From the NCBI GenBank assembly GCA_000004985.1, contig GG738847.1: 64,000 nt of DNA; one strand, written 5' to 3'. The position numbers and the translations under genes are program-made. Each line of letters starts with the position of its first letter. Position 1 is the first letter of the stretch. Source of the DNA: Naegleria gruberi (lineage: Eukaryota). A model generated the notes under the pieces. The model was not told the DNA's origin. It saw only the letters and a list, made by a program, of their open reading frames with translations, and searched no databases. Below, in pieces: positions 58,073 through 64,000 of this stretch.

Positions 58073-59609
58073 TTATGTTGTTGTTAATTGAATACCAATT
58101 GGTAGTGAGCTTGAAATGTAAATGAAGAAACAAACCTTGTTTTTCAAAAAGGAGAAAATTCCTCCATCATTACTAGGAGAGGATTGAGAATTGGCAGAAG
58201 AGTGTGAATTACTATTCACTCCCACTTGAGAAATATTTCCATAATGTCCAGGAAGGAAGGAGTAAAGTTTTTCAGACCCTCCTTTTGTGTTATTGATTTC
58301 GAATGCTGGAATATCACCATGATTAGTATTGTTGGGTTGAAGGGTATTGAGGGTTGGTATCTTTTTCATATCTTTGGTTTTGGGATTGAGAATAATTTTG
58401 AGGTATTCTTTCATTTCCATATTCAAATGTTCAGGGAATATTACATCAAATAATACAACTAGGTTTCCATATTGTCCTTTTTTGCCTTTAATAGGCATTC
58501 CTTTTCCAGGGATAGCTTTCTTTTGACCTGGCTGAATGACTTCATCAACCTTGACCACAATTTTTGAATTGTTTTCAATAGAGTCCAGAGTAATATTGAA
58601 TCCTGTCAGAGCTTCCAATAATGTAATAGTTCTATTAATTAACAAGTCATCTCCACTGTATAGAAATTATCAGAATGTTTAACATAAATAATGCTATTCA
58701 AGAAAATAAAACATACACTCTCTGAAATTCCTTATGAGGAATTTGATGAATTTGAAAGATAATATCACCAGTGCTCTTATTTTGCCATTCATCACCTTGA
58801 TTTTTCAAAACGATACGCTCTCCATCAGCAGTGCCTGGTTCCACATTTACAGTTACAGTATTTACCTCATTCACCAATTTTCTTCCTTTACAAGTGTCAC
58901 ATTTTTTAGTGACATATTGTCCTCTTCCTTCGCAATCCATACAGATGGTAGAGAATTGTTGTACAATATTTCTTGGTAGAGTTCTTCTCATAATTCTTCT
59001 ACCAGTTCCTTTACATGCCTTACAATAGAAAACATGTTCATTTGAGAATGCTCCAGTGCCATTGCAAGTTCTGCATAGGATTTTCCTCTTTTTGGTAAAT
59101 TCTCTCTTGCATCCATGATAGAGTTCCTCTAATGTCACTTCAATAGCGATTACCATTTCCTCTTCCGGTTCCTCTGTTGAGGCATTTGGTTTCTGTCCTC
59201 CAAATAATGATTGAAAGAATCCAAACTGATTTAGATACATATCGAATGGATTCATAACAGAATCAGTCTGGTCAAAATTCTGACTATTCAATCCAGATTC
59301 TCCAAAGGCATCATATTGTTGTCTTTTATCTGGATTTGATAACAATTCGTAGGCTTCAGTAATTTCTTGAAATTTACTTGTAATTTCCGCTTGATTTGCC
59401 TTTGGATTTAAATCGGGATGGTATTGTTTTGCCAATTTCCGATAACTTTGTTTAATTTCCTCATCCGAACAATCCTTTTCTATTAATTAATACAAATTAA
59501 ATTGGCAACATTATAATTATATTAAAATTATTAAATTATTAAATTGTTAAATCGTACCCAATCCGAGAAGCTTGTAGTAATCGTGTTTTGGAGATTTATT
59601 TTTACTCAT
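58073..59609 (-). CDS. DnaJ/Hsp40 type I (J domain + Gly/Phe + CxxCxGxG zinc finger + C-terminal domain), 3 exons
   Basis: Exons 59609..59558, 59479..58717 and 58655..58073, with phases 1 and 2 consistent. The J domain DYYKLLGL|EKDCSDEEIKQSYRKLAKQYHPD spans intron 1. Four CxxCxGxG repeats are present, and FQRVGDDL spans intron 2. Confidence 0.85.
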
Positions 59610-59754
59610 TTTTTTTAAATGTTAATAACAGACTTTAATGATATCACACTGAAATGAAAACGAAAGTATATTCTTCGAAACTCTTTGGTTCTTATTGTAA
59701 TCAGTGAATAATTATAAATATTAGTTTACTTCATTCTAATGAAAATATTGTACT

Positions 59755-61056
59755 CTAATCCTTCTTATTTCCTTCAATGTGTTCCTTAGTATACTTTTCG
59801 AGACGTTCTTGTTCTTGTTCCTTAGTTTCTTTCACATTAAACCTTTCTTTTCCATCCCAAATATAGGCAATCAGTTTAATACCATCAAATAATCTTCCAT
59901 GATTTTCACTAATACATGTTCTTGCTGCATGAAGTGTCTTGAAACGAATTTCGACAACACCATCAGGATTTTCAGGGTAGAGTTTGATTTTTTCAATCTT
60001 TCCATATTTTTCCATTTCTGGTTTGATTTCATCTTTGAGTTCTGCACCAAAGAGTGGATTTGAAGAGAAATCATCTGGAACAAACATGTGTTTCAAAATG
60101 ACAGTTCTATCAGATGGTTCTGCAGTCTCAGTGGTAACATCTGGATCATCGGCAAATCCCCAGTGAAGTTTCTTATTTTCCTTCTCCTTAATTTGCTTTC
60201 TTCTATTATGGTATTCGAGACTAATGTTGGCATCATAATTTTCTGGCTTGGTAAATTCTGCTCTTGTCACAGTAATGGTTGAACCATCTCCAAACAATGA
60301 AGCACCATCAAATAAAGTGATTGCCAAGTCAATGCTCTCCTCTTTTAAAAAGGTAACTCTTGCATCACCCTTCAGAGATCCATCATCATTTCTATACAGC
60401 TTGACTTTTGGTTGTTCTGTAAATGGATCAGTTTTTATAATACCACACTTGGAAAATTCATCAATTAACAATTGATTATGGACCTTCTTTTCATCAAGAG
60501 GTAGTCCACTAATATAAATCGATGTATTGAATTGAGAATGCCAACCAGGAGCAAAATCATTCTTTCTCTTCTTTTGGTAAGGTTCCCCATTTTCTTGATC
60601 CATCATTGATTTTATATTTCCTCTCTTTTCCTTCTTTTCCTTTCTTTCCATTTCCAATTGTTCACGTAATTTTAAAGCCTTTTCCTTCTCCAATCGTTCA
60701 AATCTCATCTCATCAGTTTCCTCAAAGTGATAAATTGATTGTTGATTTTCAAATTGTGCCTCCTCTACAAATGGAAGCCAAGCCTGTTGATCTCCATGAT
60801 AGCAATATTCCAATCCAGTTTCGGGATCAACAAATACCTGTCCATCTTGTATGATACCAGTTGGAAATTTTGTTGTTGAATTTTCTATATTATTATTATT
60901 ATTAGTACTATTATCTGTTGTTTGTTCTTCTTGATCCGATGACGATGACTGTTTCTCCACCACCACAGCATTAGTCTCACTTGCTGATGTTGTTTCTTCT
61001 TGATTTTCCATTTTTTTCAAATTGTTATTATTAATTTTGATGAAGAGCTTGAACAT
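59755..61056 (-). CDS. HTATSF1: HIV Tat-specific factor 1 / CUS2-like splicing factor (two RRMs)
   Basis: The first RRM (IYISGLPLDEKKVHNQLLIDEFSKCGIIKTDPFTEQPKVKLYRNDDGSLKGDARVTF) is collinear with the Tat-SF1 RRM1. A second RRM and an acidic N-terminus are also present. Confidence 0.75.
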   Translation of the reverse strand: MFKLFIKINNNNLKKMENQEETTSASETNAVVVEKQSSSSDQEEQTTDNSTNNNNNIENSTTKFPTGIIQDGQVFVDPETGLEYCYHGDQQAWLPFVEEAQFENQQSIYHFEETDEMRFERLEKEKALKLREQLEMERKEKKEKRGNIKSMMDQENGEPYQKKRKNDFAPGWHSQFNTSIYISGLPLDEKKVHNQLLIDEFSKCGIIKTDPFTEQPKVKLYRNDDGSLKGDARVTFLKEESIDLAITLFDGASLFGDGSTITVTRAEFTKPENYDANISLEYHNRRKQIKEKENKKLHWGFADDPDVTTETAEPSDRTVILKHMFVPDDFSSNPLFGAELKDEIKPEMEKYGKIEKIKLYPENPDGVVEIRFKTLHAARTCISENHGRLFDGIKLIAYIWDGKERFNVKETKEQEQERLEKYTKEHIEGNKKD

Positions 61057-61217
61057 GTAGTTTAATCCCTCATCATCATCGGAATGAATTAATTTATCAT
61101 CAATTGATTTCCCATCACCATCAAATATTAATTATAATAAAAATTAAATTTGCATCATTAATTTCAAAAATGCAGTAAAACTTCAAAAAAAATTCAATTA
61201 ATAATTTAAGAATCGGA

Positions 61218-62756
61218 ATGAAGAAGACAACGTTTGTTAGGAAGGGAGCCTCTCTTCAGAGACAACTCCCAACAGGTACCAAACCATCTGTACACAATGG
61301 ACAATTACTCGTCTCATCAGGTCTTCACGATTTGGATAGTATTATTGGTGGTGGTTTTCCTTTGGGAAGTTTGGTTTTAATTGAAGAGGATCGTTATAGT
61401 GAATATTGTCAGAATTTGATGAGGTATTTCCTCTCGGAGGGTGTTACTAATAGACACTCTGTTGTCTGTGGTATTTTCAATCAACAACAAATTGCTCAAC
61501 AACAAGCATCATCATCATTGCTTCATCCTTCTCTTTCCTCTGTTTTTGCTTTTAATTATTCACGTTTTAAACAAGAACAAGAATTGAAGGAAGAAGAAAA
61601 GGAAGCCTCTACTACTGCTCAAACATCTGCTACTTTACCAGAAAAAACCGAAGAACAACAACCAACAAAACCAGCCTCTAATAGTATTATGGATAGATTG
61701 AATAGAAAAATTGGAGCCAATGCTGCATCTAATAGTAGTGGAGGTTCTACTACTCAACTCTCTAATTCAACTTCTCAATCAGGAAATGATAGTGAATTGA
61801 AAATTGCTTGGAGATATCAAGATTTCGTCGAACAACAAATCAAGGCCAAACAACAACGTGGTACATCATCTTCTGCTAGCTCTGGAGAAAAGAGTGGTGT
61901 TATTGGTACTGTTTTGTGTAGTGAATATGATTTGAGTAAGAATATGCAAGAGGAATTAATCAAGGAAAATTTGGATGGTATTCATGTCTTGTTTGATAAG
62001 GATGAAATTTTCGAAAGTGACAAGGAAGAAATTAAAATGTTCTACGATGACATACTGAAAAAGATTGCCAATATTATCACAGAGAGTAAGAAGCATTTTG
62101 CTTCAACAGCTACTGGAAATGAAATTTCAAGCAGAGCAGTTGTTAGAATTGGATTACAATCACTGGGATCATTGTTCTATAATTCTGGATCCAATACTCA
62201 CCATCATAATTACATGCTCAGATTCCTTTTACAATTGAAGAGTCTTTTGAGGTCTAGTCTTTCAGTTTGTGTCTGTACAATTCCAAAGGTAGCTCTTCAA
62301 ATGATGTCATCATCTTTGATTCAACAATTGGAACAATTATCGGATTTATCCATGTCTATTGACAGTTTTACAGGATCTCAATTGGATGTTAGTGATTGGG
62401 AATTTAAGGAATATAGTGGACTTTTCTACATTAAGAAACTTTTCAAGATGAACTCTCTGACCTATAATTTCACTCCTGATACTTTGAATTATGCTTTCAA
62501 GATTAAGAAGAGAAAAATGTACATTGAAAAGTTGCACCTTCCACCAGAAGAAACCAGAGAAGCCTCAAATCCTGATCGACCAAAGTTCAAAGCTTCCAAC
62601 GATGTCGAAAGACACAAACTCAAAGTTAACAAGGTTTTGAAGGAAGTTCCATCTGTGAATCAACAAAATGATCAATCACTTCAACAAGCAGATGATCACG
62701 TTTTTGGTTGTGCATCTCAGTCAAGTGTGACAGGATCTAATCCATTAGATTTCTAA
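61218..62756 (+). CDS. ELP4: Elongator complex protein 4
   Basis: N-terminus GTKPSVHNGQLLVSSGLHDLDSIIGGGFPLGSLVLIEEDRYSEYCQNLMRYFLSEG is collinear with ELP4/PAXNEB (G.RPS..NGQLL.S.G...LD.LLGGG...G...LIEED.Y). Confidence 0.8.
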   Translation: MKKTTFVRKGASLQRQLPTGTKPSVHNGQLLVSSGLHDLDSIIGGGFPLGSLVLIEEDRYSEYCQNLMRYFLSEGVTNRHSVVCGIFNQQQIAQQQASSSLLHPSLSSVFAFNYSRFKQEQELKEEEKEASTTAQTSATLPEKTEEQQPTKPASNSIMDRLNRKIGANAASNSSGGSTTQLSNSTSQSGNDSELKIAWRYQDFVEQQIKAKQQRGTSSSASSGEKSGVIGTVLCSEYDLSKNMQEELIKENLDGIHVLFDKDEIFESDKEEIKMFYDDILKKIANIITESKKHFASTATGNEISSRAVVRIGLQSLGSLFYNSGSNTHHHNYMLRFLLQLKSLLRSSLSVCVCTIPKVALQMMSSSLIQQLEQLSDLSMSIDSFTGSQLDVSDWEFKEYSGLFYIKKLFKMNSLTYNFTPDTLNYAFKIKKRKMYIEKLHLPPEETREASNPDRPKFKASNDVERHKLKVNKVLKEVPSVNQQNDQSLQQADDHVFGCASQSSVTGSNPLDF

Positions 62757-62829
62757 TAAATTAATTTATTGTTTTTCTTTTGTTTGAAAGAATGTTGTTC
62801 TCTCTGTTGTTGAATCAATGAGTTCTTCT

Positions 62830-63419
62830 TCATCCACGTCTTCTTCCCTGGGTTGGTTGATTCAATTTTGCTGAGCTGGAATGTTTGCTAGATGATGTCA
62901 ATTTACTAGTTGCTGGTAAATTGATTTCTCGTTGTTCTCTCCAATAGCACGAAAATTCTCCAACCAATGTCATGATAATTCCGTGTAAAACAATAAAGAC
63001 ATACCATTCCCAATAAACTGGAAATGCCTTGTAAATGATACAGAAAATCAAATGAATAACATGGAAAGTAATTGTGAAATCCATGCATTTCTTACTACGT
63101 CTTACAATCATGAATAGTAAAAATCCACTATTATATTAATCAATCGGAATACATATTAACTCAACAGAAAATTCCAAAATCCTTACCCCACAAAACCATC
63201 CAATACCCAAATTCCAATACTAATCCATCCAAACAAACTGAAAACAGAAATGGCCTTATATGAGAATATCTGTTCCAATGTCGGAACGTATCCGAATGGT
63301 AAATCCACCACCACACACATTAATACCAATAAAAAATAATTCATCAATTGAATTAATAATATTTGCAAAATAATTAGCCAAGCATCGCTTATCGAACGTC
63401 CCAATGATACTTGAAGCAT
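62830..63419 (-). CDS. SYS1: SYS1-like Golgi integral membrane protein, 2 exons
   Basis: Exons 63419..63187 and 63127..62830 are joined by a GTAAGG...AATATAG intron in phase 2. The product has four TM helices, and RRSKKCMDFTITFHVIHL...GEFSCYWREQREI is collinear with SYS1 (RRGKQCLDFTVTVHFFHL...GEYLCMRTELKEI). Confidence 0.75.
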
Positions 63420-63694
63420 ATTTTCATCTACTTGTTTTTATATTTACAATCTAATCCTCTCTTTATACAAAATTTTCTTTTCTCCAACTCTCCGATTATT
63501 ATTGTCTTTTTGATTATTTACAACTCTGAGTTTTTTAATAATTGACAATAAAATATTTCCTTCTGCTGATGCGTTGAATTGTGTTGTTTTATTTTTTTAA
63601 ATTAATTTTTTAAAAATAGATTTTGAAATAGAAAAAACATGTCATCAAATGAAAAAACACACAAATCGAATGTCGAGCACCCGTTTTATTTCCC

Positions 63695-63958
63695 TTAACA
63701 TATTTTAATAAGGAATCGATACAAATCTTGACTTTTAACATTCATGAGACAGGTATCTTTGAGATGGGAGGCAAATTGAATCGAGTATTCATCAAATTTT
63801 CCACAAACCTTCTCAAAGATTTGAATGTGAGTTTTGACACAGCTCAGATCAGCTTGTTCATCTGAGTAACAAGTCTTGGAAGGGTTTAATCTCATCATAT
63901 CGTCAATGAATTGCTTTCTATACTTTTGAAGTGTTCCTAGATTGAATTGGGTGCTCAT
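63695..63958 (-). CDS. hypothetical small protein (87 aa)
   Basis: ATG ORF near the window edge. It may have further exons beyond the window. No family recognised. Confidence 0.35.
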   Translation of the reverse strand: MSTQFNLGTLQKYRKQFIDDMMRLNPSKTCYSDEQADLSCVKTHIQIFEKVCGKFDEYSIQFASHLKDTCLMNVKSQDLYRFLIKIC

Positions 63959-64000
63959 TTGGGAGAAGATTAGGTCAGTTCTTGCTTTCTTCTTTAAGAA

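Noticed and set aside
1-64000. Prokaryotic or defence-island interpretation (operons, CRISPR, toxin-antitoxin, phage genes)
   Set aside because: The sequence has GT-AG introns in consistent phase, eukaryote-only families (profilin, Arp, PTEN, ELP4, SYS1, Kelch, F-box), no Shine-Dalgarno-spaced operons and no short spacer-repeat arrays. It is nuclear eukaryotic DNA.

Overview
This window is eukaryotic nuclear DNA, about 65% A+T, carrying roughly 37 protein-coding genes on both strands. It is not a prokaryotic island. Intergenic spacers are often under 150 bp. Several genes carry short phase-consistent spliceosomal introns (38-47 nt, or 77-125 nt) with GTAAGT/GTATGT/GTAGGT donors and YAG acceptors; I resolved the junctions by hand. 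The gene content points to a heterolobosean amoeboflagellate (Naegleria-like) genome. The supporting evidence is a DUF4116 repeat protein, RNI-type F-box/LRR proteins, Kelch, and the intron style. I cannot verify this by search. Recognisable genes include an NAD(P)-dependent epimerase/dehydratase-family (GRE2/DFR-like) reductase, a LisH-RasGEF protein, an SLC35/TPT transporter, CDC123, a large vWA protein, an actin-related protein, a retinol-dehydrogenase-like short-chain dehydrogenase, a Kelch protein, three F-box/LRR proteins, a METTL21-like methyltransferase, profilin, PTEN, TrpRS, a DnaJ type I protein, a Tat-SF1/CUS2 homologue, ELP4 and SYS1. The most unusual loci are three. First, a six-exon gene fuses a Rho-family domain with degenerate P-loop and NKxD motifs (a probable pseudoGTPase) to a SAM domain and a Ser/Thr kinase. 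Second, a two-pore-domain K+ channel carries a Gly/Lys-rich tandem-repeat tail. Third, an ~11 kb gene encodes a giant type I membrane protein built from about 75 six-Cys EGF-like modules arranged in ~580-bp super-repeats; its most recent tandem duplicate is interrupted by two +1 frameshifts. A handful of probably highly expressed genes use a sharply different GC3-rich codon set. The ORF track uses alternative start codons (TTG/GTG), so I re-anchored several starts to the first ATG.
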